Source of the DNA: a virus
Virus record (IMG/VR): IMGVR_UViG_3300045988_175036
Location: 1 to 64,000 of that record
Length of the DNA stretch: 64,000 nt
Strand: one strand, 5' to 3'
Numbering within the stretch: position 1 is the stretch's first letter; the number at the start of each line of letters is the position of its first letter. Positions 22,431 to 33,700 of the stretch are shown here, one piece after another. The notes under the pieces are model-generated. The model saw only the letters and a list, made by a program, of their open reading frames with translations. It had not been told where the DNA came from and did not search any database. A program made the position numbers and the translations under genes.

Positions 22431-23145
22431 TATTTATAATAAGCGACTGAATCGCTATGGCAATGATTATCAGTCACGACTTCAAGGGAAGCGCGAGCAT
22501 CAATTTGAGTTATATCTTTCTCGTTCTGTTTATTATACAGTTTTCAAATACAATAACACCGATGTTGAAGGTAGTTTTGAACGCTATAAACAAGATGAGA
22601 CAAAAGCTCTTCATTATCTTTTGACAAAAATTGAAGTAAAAATTCCAAACGGAACGGTTCTTATGATACCGAATAAAGATGGAATTGAAGAACCTTGGAT
22701 GGTATATTATCTTGAACGAATAAAAGCAAGTGGATATAACCGTTATATTATGCTTCATATGACTCACTATTTGACCTGGACCGCGCGAGATGGTTCAACT
22801 CAAAATACTTGGGCTTATATGTATGGTCAAGAAAACAATATGTTGATAGATGAACTTCGTTCAAGAAGTCGAATGGATACTCTTTATACAGAGAATTTGA
22901 AGACTAGTTTCTTTATTATGCCAAGAAATCAATACATAAAAAAAGACGATTATTTTATTGTCGGTGAAAAACCTTTTCAGGAATATTATCGAGTAACAGG
23001 ATACGACTTTCAATCAAGTGAAGGAGTTGAATATGTGACAATTGACCCAGTTTATGAATTTGATTTGACACCCGCGCCTATGAAGCAAGAGAATGATACA
23101 GATGAGGATTTCTTTTGGCTGAATGGAGGGGAAATAAATGATTAG
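22417..23145 (+). CDS. hypothetical neck/tail-completion-module protein (242 aa)
   Basis: Translationally coupled chain; call rests on synteny only. Confidence 0.5.
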   Translation: MNYYDIYNKRLNRYGNDYQSRLQGKREHQFELYLSRSVYYTVFKYNNTDVEGSFERYKQDETKALHYLLTKIEVKIPNGTVLMIPNKDGIEEPWMVYYLERIKASGYNRYIMLHMTHYLTWTARDGSTQNTWAYMYGQENNMLIDELRSRSRMDTLYTENLKTSFFIMPRNQYIKKDDYFIVGEKPFQEYYRVTGYDFQSSEGVEYVTIDPVYEFDLTPAPMKQENDTDEDFFWLNGGEIND

Positions 23146-23626
23146 AAATCTAAGAGAAATTGGGCCTTATCTTCAAAAAATTGTTACTAGACTCCAATCA
23201 AATCAAAATCTTCTCAAATATCTTTATTATACAGATAAAGATCCTTTAGCAAATCAGAACTTATCAAAGAAGCAGATACAGGAAGAAATTTTCAATGAAT
23301 TGATAAAAATCGTTCCTCGTGTGGGGCCGAAAGAAACTGCAAAAAGTTTGATTTCTATCCGAGTGGTGAATGGACATCAAAATGATGCTAATAATCAAAT
23401 TGAAGATTTATCTGTTGCTATTGAAGTTTTTGTTCCTATGACTCAATGGATTATCAAAGATGAGAACCTTCGACCATTTTGTATAATGGGAGAAATTCAG
23501 AATTCTTTGAACGGGAAGAATATTGATGGCCTTGGTCGAGTTCATGGTGGAGATTTTGCTGCTAATTTCTTTACAGATGAAATTTCCTGTTACGAAATGA
23601 CATATTCTTTTTCATTATATGATTGA
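23138..23626 (+). CDS. hypothetical neck/tail-completion-module protein (162 aa)
   Basis: GGAGGGG RBS; call rests on synteny only. Confidence 0.5.
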   Translation: MIRNLREIGPYLQKIVTRLQSNQNLLKYLYYTDKDPLANQNLSKKQIQEEIFNELIKIVPRVGPKETAKSLISIRVVNGHQNDANNQIEDLSVAIEVFVPMTQWIIKDENLRPFCIMGEIQNSLNGKNIDGLGRVHGGDFAANFFTDEISCYEMTYSFSLYD

Positions 23627-24368
23627 TGAAAGAGTTTTTCTTGGCTTCCCTAAAAATTTTGATAATCTCTGTAAAATATATCCGCCCAAGATAAAAGATG
23701 TAGTTGGGAATGATAAATTTCCTTTATATAAAAGAGTTCTTACTTTGTCTCAAGAGGAGATAGAGGACGAATTCACTGAGAAAGGGTTAGATTTAGCCAA
23801 TATGTTGTCGCCTTTTGAAACATTATTTACTAATGCTTATAATAGTGAAGAAATGCGGCAACTGACCAATGATGCTTTTTTCTTTTTTATTCATGAACCC
23901 ATAACGCTTCTTTATGAGCAGAAAAAAATTATTATTGGAGACATTGAAAAAGTTTTGAAAAAAATTGAAAAAATTGATGATTTGAAAATTATTGATGATT
24001 CTAATTTTTTCAATTTTCAGAATGAAGTGCGCGTGATGCTTGGTGAAAAGAAAATTGATCCTCCCAATCCAAATGAGGATCCGCGTCTAAAAAGGATGAA
24101 AGCCAAAGCTCGTTATCGTGATAGAGTGAAGGCAAAATCAGGAAAAGGTCTCCAGTTAGGTTCATCATTGGCTTCACTTTGTTGTATGGATTTTGGACTA
24201 AATCCACTTTCTCTTGGAGAGTTGAGTTATGCTTCAGTTCCAATTTTGATACGTTACTATCAAGAAAAAGAAAAATATCAACTTGATGTTGATAGCTTAC
24301 TTGCTGGCGCTGATGCTAAAAAAGTAAAACCCAAATATTGGGTTAGAAACATTGATATGGATGAATAA
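23619..24368 (+). CDS. hypothetical protein (249 aa)
   Basis: Translationally coupled; call rests on synteny only. Confidence 0.5.
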   Translation: MIDERVFLGFPKNFDNLCKIYPPKIKDVVGNDKFPLYKRVLTLSQEEIEDEFTEKGLDLANMLSPFETLFTNAYNSEEMRQLTNDAFFFFIHEPITLLYEQKKIIIGDIEKVLKKIEKIDDLKIIDDSNFFNFQNEVRVMLGEKKIDPPNPNEDPRLKRMKAKARYRDRVKAKSGKGLQLGSSLASLCCMDFGLNPLSLGELSYASVPILIRYYQEKEKYQLDVDSLLAGADAKKVKPKYWVRNIDMDE

Positions 24369-24389
24369 ATTTTTATAGGAGGCTATAAA

Positions 24390-24416
24390 ATGGCTGATAT
24401 TCTAAGTCGCTATGGT
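24390..24416 (+). CDS. major tail (tube) protein, exon 1 (9 codons)
   Basis: Strong AGGAGG RBS and an ATG at 24390, but a stop after only 10 codons. MADILSRYG ends at U24416. Exon UAUGGU pairs with ACCAUA (24429-24434). Confidence 0.55.
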
Positions 24417-25620
24417 AGATAAAATGCCACCATAAGAAGTAATTCTTATTGGAAAAATCTTGTGAATTGCTGGAAGATTCTAAAGCTAACTGACTACAAC
24501 GTAAGAAGTAATTCTAAGCGTGAGAGTGAAAAAATAGTTAGATAGTGAACTCGAAGGAGGTCTAAAATGGATAATCAGCAGCTAAGCATCAATTCAGAAA
24601 TATATTATAGAAAGCCTACTAGTGGGAATGGTTTTATTTATAAATACACAAGTCCATCTGGAAAGAGTTATATTGGAAAAGCAATAGGAACTTTGAAAAA
24701 GAGAGCTATAAATTTAGTCTCTGGGATAGGGTATAAGAAATGTCCTCTTTTTTGGCGAGCAATAAATAAATATGGATTTTTGAATTTTCAGGTAGAAATA
24801 ATTGAAGAAGCCCCTTTATCAATTTTAGGCGAAAAAGAAATTTTTTATATTGAAAAATATAATACAAGAAACCCCCATGGATATAATATTGCTCAAGGTG
24901 GAGAAGGGGGGCAAAAGAAAGAGGTTTATGTATATTCGGCGCAGAATGGAGAATATGTTGGGCATTATTCAAGCTTGACGGAGGCTTCAGTGGAAACAGG
25001 AGTTCCTATTGAAACAATCAGTATAATAATGAAGCAGCAAAGACGAAAACAGGCTCACAATTTGATTTTTTTGGATAGCTATATTGAAAGATATGATATA
25101 AATAATTTAGCTCGAAAAAATTATACAAAAGTTTTTGTATATGATAAAAACGGGAGCTACGTAGGCAGTTATAGCAGTATTTCTAATGCTTCGAAAGAAT
25201 TGGACATATCAGAAAGTGCAATAACACGAGCACTTGCCGGCACTATTTTACATGCTTCATTTTTTCAGTTTAGAAAAGAAAAAGAAGAGTATTTACCTCC
25301 AATTCCCAAAAATTCAAAAAGCCCGATTCCTGTATGCCAAATTGACCCAAAGACAGGAGAAATTCTAAACAGATTTAGTTCTCTTCAAGAAGCTGGTCGA
25401 GCGGTCGGATTGACAAGTGGTAGTGGAATAAAAAAAGTAATTACAAGAGGTAAAGGAACTAGTGGTGGATATTTCTGGATAATTGATGAAAGTTCAACGA
25501 CTAAGTAGAGCAAAATCCTAGCTCTCTGTGCAAGACCTCCAATTTTATTGGAGGAAGATATAGTCTAATCTTAGGCGAAAGTCTAAGCAGCATTTATCTA
25601 GTCACAATAAATGCGGACAG
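24417..25620 (+). mobile_element. group I-like intron carrying a GIY-YIG endonuclease gene (3' boundary uncertain by about 12 nt)
   Basis: Same core family as the terL introns: GAAUUGCUGGA 24464-24474, UUCAACGAC 25493-25501, GAUAUAGUCUAAUC 25557-25570. In-frame 3' sites that follow a G are at 25621, 25627 and 25633. Confidence 0.65.
24567..25508 (+). CDS. GIY-YIG homing endonuclease (313 aa) with three NUMOD1/IENR1-like helix-turn-helix repeats
   Basis: GFIYKYTSPSGKSYIGKAIG, RAINKYGF, EKEIFYIEKYNT and GYNIAQGG. Repeats VYVYS..GEYVGHYSSLTEA, VFVYDKNGSYVGSYSSISNA and IDPKTGEILNRFSSLQEA. The last codons overlap the intron core element at 25493-25501. Confidence 0.85.
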   Translation: MDNQQLSINSEIYYRKPTSGNGFIYKYTSPSGKSYIGKAIGTLKKRAINLVSGIGYKKCPLFWRAINKYGFLNFQVEIIEEAPLSILGEKEIFYIEKYNTRNPHGYNIAQGGEGGQKKEVYVYSAQNGEYVGHYSSLTEASVETGVPIETISIIMKQQRRKQAHNLIFLDSYIERYDINNLARKNYTKVFVYDKNGSYVGSYSSISNASKELDISESAITRALAGTILHASFFQFRKEKEEYLPPIPKNSKSPIPVCQIDPKTGEILNRFSSLQEAGRAVGLTSGSGIKKVITRGKGTSGGYFWIIDESSTTK

Positions 25621-26352
25621 ATTGGGAACCTGTTGAATGTTATGATTAAGGAAGTTTGTGACTTCACTCTATATGATATCAATGACGACGGTTCTATTGG
25701 CGCCCCTGCGCTATATCTGGATACTCTAAAAATTTCAACCGTCGAGCAAACAGCTGATAGCACTTCTGCTCGTGGCGGCAAGGGTAATAGCGAATTGGTT
25801 ATGTGGGATTTTGGTCGTGAAATCACCCTAAACCTTCAGGATGCTCTTTTCTCTGCTAAATCTATGGCAATCATGTTTGGTGATGCTGATGGTGCTTCTG
25901 CTCCTGCTAGTGGTTCTGTGCTTCGTACTTGGAACCTAACTAAGCTTGGCACTCTTAGCGCTGCTCCTACTCAGCTAGATCTAGGCCTTGGTAAGAAGCA
26001 TACTGTTTCTACTAGCGCTGTTTATTATACGGCTACTGGCTCTTCTAGCTCTGAATGGAGTGCTGACGCTGTGTATATCACTGACAAGGTTACTACCAAA
26101 GACCACACTGAAATTGTTATCAATGCTGAGACGTTCCCCGGAACTTATGCATGTATTGGCGACACTTACTGCCGCAGTGAAGATACTGGTAACGATAGCT
26201 TCTTCCAAATTCAAATTCCAAAGGCAAAGATGCTTTCTGACGTTACTCTAACAATGGAAGCTGAGGGCGACCCCACTGTCTTTGATATGCAGATGAAGGT
26301 TCTCCGTCCAAAGAACGGCGAAATGATGAAGCTAGTCAAGTATGATATCTAA
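25621..26352 (+). CDS. major tail (tube) protein, exon 2
   Basis: Beta-rich protein of about 245 aa lying upstream of the tape measure gene. A strong terminator follows. No good RBS precedes the internal ATG at 25642. Paralogous to 26416..27195. Confidence 0.55.
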   Translation: MGNLLNVMIKEVCDFTLYDINDDGSIGAPALYLDTLKISTVEQTADSTSARGGKGNSELVMWDFGREITLNLQDALFSAKSMAIMFGDADGASAPASGSVLRTWNLTKLGTLSAAPTQLDLGLGKKHTVSTSAVYYTATGSSSSEWSADAVYITDKVTTKDHTEIVINAETFPGTYACIGDTYCRSEDTGNDSFFQIQIPKAKMLSDVTLTMEAEGDPTVFDMQMKVLRPKNGEMMKLVKYDI

Positions 26353-26373
26353 AATCTGAATAGAGAAAAAAGG

Positions 26374-26406
26374 GCGGTGGAGGTTGGCCTCCATCGCTCT
26401 TTTTTG
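26374..26406 (+). terminator. rho-independent terminator after the tail tube gene
   Basis: GCGGTGGAGG (26374-26383) / CCTCCATCGC (26388-26397), followed by TCTTTTTT. Confidence 0.8.
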
Positions 26407-26415
26407 GAGGATAAA

Positions 26416-27195
26416 ATGGTAGATTTATTTTCTTTCAAGGAATTAGAGCCATGCTATTTGAAAGCTACTTATCCTATAGAGATTGGGAATAGAAAAATTG
26501 AAAAAGGAGAAGTTCTTGCTACTTTTGATAAAATTCAAATTGGAGCTTTGAAAGAAGTAAAAAATTTTGTAGCTGCACGAGGTGGCTTTGATAATCGTGC
26601 ACATGTCTATTGGGAAACAACAAAAGAACTTCCTCTTTCATTTTCTCAAGGAGTCTTTTCAAAAACTCAGCTGGCTCTTCTGATGAACTCAAAATTGGTG
26701 GACTTTCAGAAAGATGACCCTATTCCAGTCTTGTTTAGCGAGAAAATAGAAAGTGATGAGAATGGAGAGTTCAATCTAAAAGAAATTCCAATAAGACTCT
26801 TCTTATATGAAGAAAAAACTGGAGAAAAAATTTCTTTTGGGTTGGATGGAAAAAGAGTAAAAATTGAAAATCCATATACAGAAGTGGTAGCGCAATATAC
26901 CTATAATTATATGGATGGTGCTTCTCAAATTCGGTTGGGTAAGCGTTTATTGACTGGCTTTGTGGAACTTGAAGCTAGAACTAGAGTAAAGGACGATACA
27001 ACCGGGCAAGTTGTAACTGGACTTTTCAAAATTCCAAAGTTGAAACTAATGTCTGATTTATCTATTCGGCTGGGCGCGCAAGCTACACCGGTGGTTGCTA
27101 ATTTCTCGGCGGTAGGCGTTCCAGTGGGTTCAAAAGGGAGTTCTTATGTAGGAGAATTCTATATTTTGAGTAATGATATAGATAGTGATTTCTAA
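26416..27195 (+). CDS. tail tube-like paralog (259 aa)
   Basis: GGAGG RBS and an ATG at 26416; the track's start at 26377 lies inside the terminator stem. Shares ..ARGG.. and F.IPK.K(M/L).SD(V/L) with the tail tube protein. Confidence 0.5.
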   Translation: MVDLFSFKELEPCYLKATYPIEIGNRKIEKGEVLATFDKIQIGALKEVKNFVAARGGFDNRAHVYWETTKELPLSFSQGVFSKTQLALLMNSKLVDFQKDDPIPVLFSEKIESDENGEFNLKEIPIRLFLYEEKTGEKISFGLDGKRVKIENPYTEVVAQYTYNYMDGASQIRLGKRLLTGFVELEARTRVKDDTTGQVVTGLFKIPKLKLMSDLSIRLGAQATPVVANFSAVGVPVGSKGSSYVGEFYILSNDIDSDF

Positions 27196-27200
27196 GTGAT

Positions 27201-27235
27201 ATCAGCATTAGTTTTCCGCTAATGCTGATTTTTTA
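27201..27235 (+). terminator. rho-independent terminator
   Basis: ATCAGCATTAG (27201-27211) / CTAATGCTGAT (27219-27229), followed by TTTTT. Confidence 0.75.
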
Positions 27236-27249
27236 TGTGGGAGGGAGAA

Positions 27250-29166
27250 ATGGCAGAAAAAAGAGTAATACAAATTGCCTTTGATGGCAATATAGAAAAA
27301 GTATCTTCTAAAATTCAGACCATTCAAAACGAACTTAGTAAGTTAAGTCTAGGAAAAGGCTTAAATCGTGAATTTGAAGATACTTTTTCTTCTTTGATGA
27401 GTGAACTAAAAAAGCTTCAAGGTTTGACAGATGGTAATAAAGTAGATTTTGTTGATGTAAAAAAAGTTGAGAAAAGCACTGATGCTATTGATAGACTTTA
27501 TGATAAGCTGTCTCGTCTTGCAAGTTCTTCTGGAGTGAATAGTTCGCTTCTCAAAAATGATAAGAAGGCAATTGATGCACTGACTAGCGCGCGAACGAAA
27601 TACAATTCGGTTACAGTAGCGGGACTAAAGGAGCAGCAACGTCTTCAAAAAGATTTAGCTAATGCTCAAGAAAAAACAAACTCTAAAGCTGAAAGGGCGC
27701 AATTTATTGATAATTTACGCGAACAAACTACTAATGCGTTACTAAACGCGCAGAAGGAACTGGCTTCATTAGAAGCTCAATTGCGTGCAAAAGGCGGAAA
27801 TAATCCAACTAAATACCTAAAAACAGATGAAGATGGTAATGTAGTTAGTGCGGATAAGCGAACTTCTCTTGGAAAGCAATACAACGCACTAAAGGAACAG
27901 TTACCTCAGTTAGAAGCAGCGGCGAAAAGTGCCGAAAAGGCTGTTAAGCCAAGTTTTGCACAAATTGAAGAAGAAGCAAAAAAGATTGCTGATGGAATTG
28001 ATAAAGCGAAGAAAGCTCTTAGTGATTTCAATAACACGCAGCCGCAGAAACAAGCAAAAGCTTTTGGAGAGGTACGCCAAGAACTTGAAAAGATTAGCGG
28101 TATTGATTGGAAATCTCTTGGTATTGACCTCAGTAGTATCAATAATATTGATGAACTAAATGATAAACTTTCAATTTTTTCTAGCGATGCTGGGGTTCGC
28201 GCGCAGCTAGTTCTTGAAAATATTCGGAATGCAAGTTCTGAAGGAGCCGAACCACTTAGGGTTCTAGGAAGAAATGCTCAAGCCGCAGGACAAGATTTAC
28301 AAGAACTAACTGACCGAGATAAAGATATTCAACGTCTAACTGACCAATTGAAGAATTTCTTTTCAATTTCTAATTCGGTCCAATTGTTCAAACGAGCAAT
28401 CCGTTCTGCCTTTGAAACAGTAAAAGAACTTGATAGTGCGATGACTGAGATCGCGGTTGTTTCTGATTTCTCTGTCGGAGACATGTGGGAGAAATTACCA
28501 CAATTTACGGCACAAGCAAATGAGCTAGGCGTAGCTATCAAAGATACTTATAATGCAACTGCCCTCTATATTCAGCAAGGCCTTGATCTCCAGCACTCAA
28601 TGGAGCTTTCTAATGAAACTCTAAAAATGGCTCGTATCGCTAGTATGGAAGCCGCAGATGCTACCGATGCGATGACAAGTGCTTTGCGTGGATTCAATAT
28701 GGAATTGAATCAGGCCTCTGCGCAACGTGTCAATGACGTTTACTCAGAATTAGCTGCAATCACAGCATCTGATGTGGAAGAACTTTCTACGGCTATGTCA
28801 AAGACTGCATCTATTGCTCATAATGTCAATATGGAATTTGAGACGACGGCGGCTTTCTTAGCACAAGGCATTGAAACGACACGCGAGTCAGCCGAGACTA
28901 TTGGTACGGCTCTCAAGACTGTTATAGGTCGTTTTTCAGAAGTCAAATCCCTCTATTCAAAAGGTGAAATTACTGGCACTGATGATAACGGTGAAGAAAT
29001 CAATGTAAATAAAGTTCAAAAAGCCCTTCGTACAGCTGGTGTTGATATGACGAAGTTTTTCACTGGCGAAGAAGGATTAGACCAGGTTTTCCTAAATTTG
29101 TCTAAAAAATGGGATAGTTTAGACATAACAACCCAAAGATATATAAGCACCATGGCGGCCGGTAGT
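27250..29166 (+). CDS. tail tape measure protein, exon 1
   Basis: GGGAGGGAG RBS before the ATG at 27250. Coiled-coil N-terminus. TP901-type core (ELDSAMTEIAVVSDFSVGDMW..LGVAIKDTYNATALYIQQGL). The frame degenerates after ..STMAAGS. Confidence 0.8.
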
Positions 29167-30794
29167 AGACGAATTAAACGACGCTGTCCACTGCTTTCTG
29201 CGGCCTAATAATACAGATAACTAAAAATCCTCTTAACTGCGGGAATATCTATTAACTTCTTAATAACCAAGTATAGGTAGAAATATACTATATGGCGAGG
29301 GTAATGACTAAGGTATGGTAAAATCATTAAGAGGGGACAATCCGCAACGAAGCCTCTGAATAGAAAGAGGAACGCTCACAGACTATCGAACGCAATTGAA
29401 ATAAGGCGGCTGAAATGCCGCGCGAAGCAAGTAGAGTAGGGCAGACCGAAAGAGAGGACTCGTTTCATAGCTATTATTGGAAATTTGACTTTTACTCCTT
29501 TATGTGTTATAATATAAATATATAGGAGGAATTATATGGAAAAGCAAATTTTTATTGATGGAATTGAAACTGTTTATACAGTTAGTGATGAAGGTGTTAT
29601 TAAAAATAGTAAAACTGGACGAGTAATGACAATTAACAAAGGTAATGTTCAACTTAATGTTAATGGAAAAGGAACGGGTCGTTCAGTTGGGAAAATTGTA
29701 GCCGAGGCTTTTTCTTGAAAAGCCAGAAGGTACTTCTTTAGTAAACCATAAAGATGGAGATAAGATGAATAATCGAGTTGATAACCTTGAATGGATTACT
29801 AATAAAGAAAATTCTAAAAACGTTTGGAATAAACGAAGAGAAAATAACACAACAAATGCTGGTAAAACAGTGGAAAGGAAGAAGCGAGAAAATATAGTCG
29901 AAATTGATACTGGTTTTTTGACAGAAGATGAAAAACAAATAGAAATAGATGGAGAATTGATTCCTTATTCGATAAGTCAAAATGGTAAAGTGAGAAATTT
30001 ACGAACGGGTAAATTTCTAAAAGGCTCTATTCTTCATACTTATAATTATATCAATTTTCGTTGGGATGGAAAGCAAAAGAATAAAGCAGTCCATAGATTA
30101 GTTGCTGAAGCTTTTCTCTCAAAGCAAGAAAATGCGACAATGGTAGATCATATAGATGGCGATAGGCTAAATAATAAAATCGAAAATTTGAGATGGGCAA
30201 CTCCTAAAGAAAATGCTAATAATATTCACTTAGAGAAAACGCCTGAAAAGCCTAAAATTCAAGAACACTTTTTTACTGAGGATGAGTTATGCTCTGAAGT
30301 TTGGAAGAAGTATCTTGGTTATGGCATTTCTAATTTAGGAAGAATAAAAGGTAAAAGAGGCCAAGTCCTAAAAGGAACCGCATTAGACTGTGGGTATATT
30401 AGTTATATGATAAATAATAGGTCATCTCTTGGTCATGTATTAGTTTGGGAAGCTTTTAATGGTGAAAAACACAATGAAATGGTTATCAATCATATAAATG
30501 GAAATAAGCATGATAATCGCTTGTGTAATTTAGAGGAAATTTCTCATCAAGAAAATATGCTTAAGGCTTCAGAAGAAACTAATGCGTGGGGCTTTAGAGA
30601 AGTTGGTGAATTTGATGAAGCAGGTAATATGCTTAGAAAATTTGCTAATGCCTCTGTCGCCGCGCGGGAGATTGGAATTTTGCCTAGTTCAATGAGAAAT
30701 ACCATTAGAAGAAATGGTAAATGCCATAATGGTTTATCATATCGTTATTTAGATAAGTAATATTGTCAAAAAACTTATAAAAAGTCGATTTAAG
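29167..30794 (+). mobile_element. group I-like intron (about 1.63 kb) carrying an HNH endonuclease gene
   Basis: Splicing U29166|...G30794| fuses ..QRYISTMAAGS to QSRFIAMISNYSKTMELVN.. in frame. About 370 nt of structured, ORF-free RNA precedes the endonuclease gene. A tentative P7 pairs AUCGA(A)C 29385-29391 with GUCGAU 30784-30789. The core differs from the other four introns. Confidence 0.6.
29536..30760 (+). pseudogene. HNH homing endonuclease with three tandem NUMOD4-HNH modules, split by a frameshift at a T5 run
   Basis: ORFs 29536..29718 and 29765..30760 join into one protein (..[33 protein letters not shown]..) if one T is removed from TTTTT at 29709-29713. HNH motifs: NHKDGD..NN..NLEW..ENSKN, DHIDGD..NN..NLRW..ENANN and NHINGN..DN..NLEE..ENM. 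A C-terminal IENR1-like HTH is present. Confidence 0.7.
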
Positions 30795-33700
30795 CAATCA
30801 AGATTCATCGCAATGATTTCCAACTATTCCAAAACTATGGAATTGGTAAACGCAGCGAATAATAGTGCTGGTGCAAGTCAAGAACAGTATGAAAAAACAC
30901 TCGAAAGTCTTGAAACGAAACTCTCAAAGTTGAAAAATGCTTGGGATGAATTTGTAATGGGGCTTTCTAATAATGAAGTCATAAAAACCGCAGTAGATGT
31001 TCTAACAGGCTTGCTTCAAACAATCAATAAAATTATTGATGGACTTTCTGGCGGGAATGGTCTTATAAAATCAATTATATCCATTACTGCTGCAATTGGT
31101 GGTTTGAAGCTAGGAAAGTCTATTATTAGCTCTCTTATCGGGAATATGGTGGACACAAGAGAGGGTGGAATACTTTCTAATATTTTTGGAACAAAAACTA
31201 CTCAACAAAAAGCTGGACTTCAAACGGGAAAGAATTTTCTTTCTGGGCTTTCAGATGCAATAAAGAACAAAAGTCTGCCTAAGACAGACTATATTATTTC
31301 CGACTTTTCAAAAAATTTGACAACTGTTTTCAAAAGTAAGGAATGGAGCTTTGATTTTTCAAATGCAAAGCCAGAAGGTCTTACGCAGTTCAAACAGAAT
31401 ATTACAAACTCTCTATCGCAAGGCGATGAAGCTTCTAAAGCTCTTTCAGCACAGTTTTCTTCTCTTTGGGATACAAAGAAATACAATGAAGCAATAACTG
31501 TTCTTGAAAAAGCTGGAATCCAGATAAAATTGACTGGCGAAGAAGCTCAGCAAATGGGTATTTCTGTATCAAAGACTGACAAAGATTTTAGAACAATGGC
31601 TATCGCGGCAGGAGTGGCAGCAAGTGCTTTGATGGGACTGGCTACTATTCTTGATAATAATGGAAAGGAAAAAGCAGCCAATATCGTTCGCGGCATAGCT
31701 ACTGCTCTAATGGGTCTTATTCCAGTTATTACAATGGTTCAAACTGCTATGATAACTGGCGCTAAAAGTGTATCTGTTGCTATCAAAAATATTCCATTTA
31801 TTGGTTGGATTGCAGCAATTATTTCTGCTGTAATTTCTCTTATTCAAATTTTTTCACAATTTGCTCCAGAGACTCAAGCCAAAAAGACAGAACGTTTAGC
31901 AGAGCAAACCCAGAAGGCAGCAGAAGTAGCACAAGCAGCGCAACAAGCTTACTCCAATTTGGTTGAAAGTTTTGACAAATATGGAGAAGCTGTTGATAAA
32001 ATCAATGATTTGACAGTTGGAACTACAGAATGGAAAAATGCACTTCTTGATGTAAATAATCAAGTTTTGGAACTCTTGGATAAGTATCCTCAATTAGCAT
32101 CTTATTTGACTTCTGAAAATGGTGTATTAGGAATTTCAGAGGAAGGTATCCAGAAGGCTACAGATATTGCACAAGAGCAAGCACGTAGAGCTCAAGCCTT
32201 ATCCGTTACGAGTCAGTATGCTGAAACAACCAATCAGAGAAGAATTGCTCAAAAAGCATATCAACAAAACTTCTGGTCTTATGACCAATATACTGGTAAT
32301 GTTATCACAAACCCCGAAGCAGCAAAAGCTTTTTCAAATTATCTCAAAGAAAATCCAGATATGACAGCCGAAGATTTTCAGACTTTGGCTGGAGGCGCAG
32401 GGGAAGAACTCTCCAAATTGGCTGATATTACTGGCCTTACTGTCAATCAAATGGCGGATTTAGTAGATATTACTCGTTCTTATAATAAAGATATGGTAGC
32501 TTATGGTCTTCAAGAAGAAAATTACCGTAATGCTTTGGGAGTTTTAGCGGGGGATGTTTCTTCTAATAAACGTTGGAGTATGGTCACTCAAATGTTTAAC
32601 CTGGATGAGACTGCTTCTGAAATAGACGCCGCGCGTGATAAATTGGATACGACAATTTCTGAAATGGCTCGTGACTTGAAAGATCAAGGTTATACAAGTA
32701 TTATGGATTTGACCGGAAGTGACGCCACTTACCGTCAAGTTTATGAAGCCGTTACAGGTCAAAGTTCAGAGGGCGTTGATATTGACAGTATAAAGGATTA
32801 TTTAGCTCAATTCCAAGTTTTGAATGGCCAAGTTGAAGAAGCTATTCCAATTCTAAATAAGTTGACATCAATGAAAAATCAAGGCCTAGCTGATGAAATT
32901 GCTGGACGAATTGCTGGTGGAACTGGCCTAACGCGAGCTCAAGCAGAAAAACCACTTACAAAAGCTGACTTGCAGGAAATGGCATCTCAAATGGGATATG
33001 CTAATGACGATGAAATGGCAAAAGCTTTTGGATTTGATGATTGGACGGCTCTTTTCAATCAGTGGTCACAGGACGCCGCTTCAATTGCTTCACAGTTTGA
33101 GGAAAAGGAAGCAACTGCTGCTAATGTTATTGGTCAAAATCAAGTAGAAAAAGCAAGCTCTTTGATGGGAGATAAAGACTTCCAAACCTACTCCAAATAT
33201 CTTGAACAATTGGCAACTCTTTATGCTAAAGCGGGGGTAAATGGCGCGCAAGCGGTTGATTTGTTCCAAAGTTCTCTTGAAGCTTTGATTTCTAATAATC
33301 CTCAGTATGAGAAAGAAATCAAAGATATTATTGGAATGACCGACCTTTCTGACTATGACAGTGTCGAAGCAGCAATTTCTGATATAAAAGAACTTATTCC
33401 TGGAGTTGGAGACGAACTCAATAATTTTGAGACAGCTCTTATTCAACTAGGTAAAGCCACTAAAAAAGTCAACTTGAAAACCACAATGTCTGATTTGACT
33501 TCGATGTTAGACTTAGCAGATGAGATTTCTTCCCGCTCTCGTTCCGAAGGCATTACTCAAGACGAACTAGAACAAATTGTATCTAGTGGTGCTGCTGACT
33601 ATTCTGATTTTATGTTTACAGGTCAGGAATTTATTCCAGTGACTTCTACTATGGACGACCTGGCCGAAGCAGTGCGCGCGAACACTCAAGCCGCTATTGA

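Noticed and set aside
26377-26415. Upstream GTG start for the tube-like paralog
   Set aside because: The start lies inside the stem of the strong terminator at 26374-26406. A GGAGG-ATG at 26416 is in the same frame.
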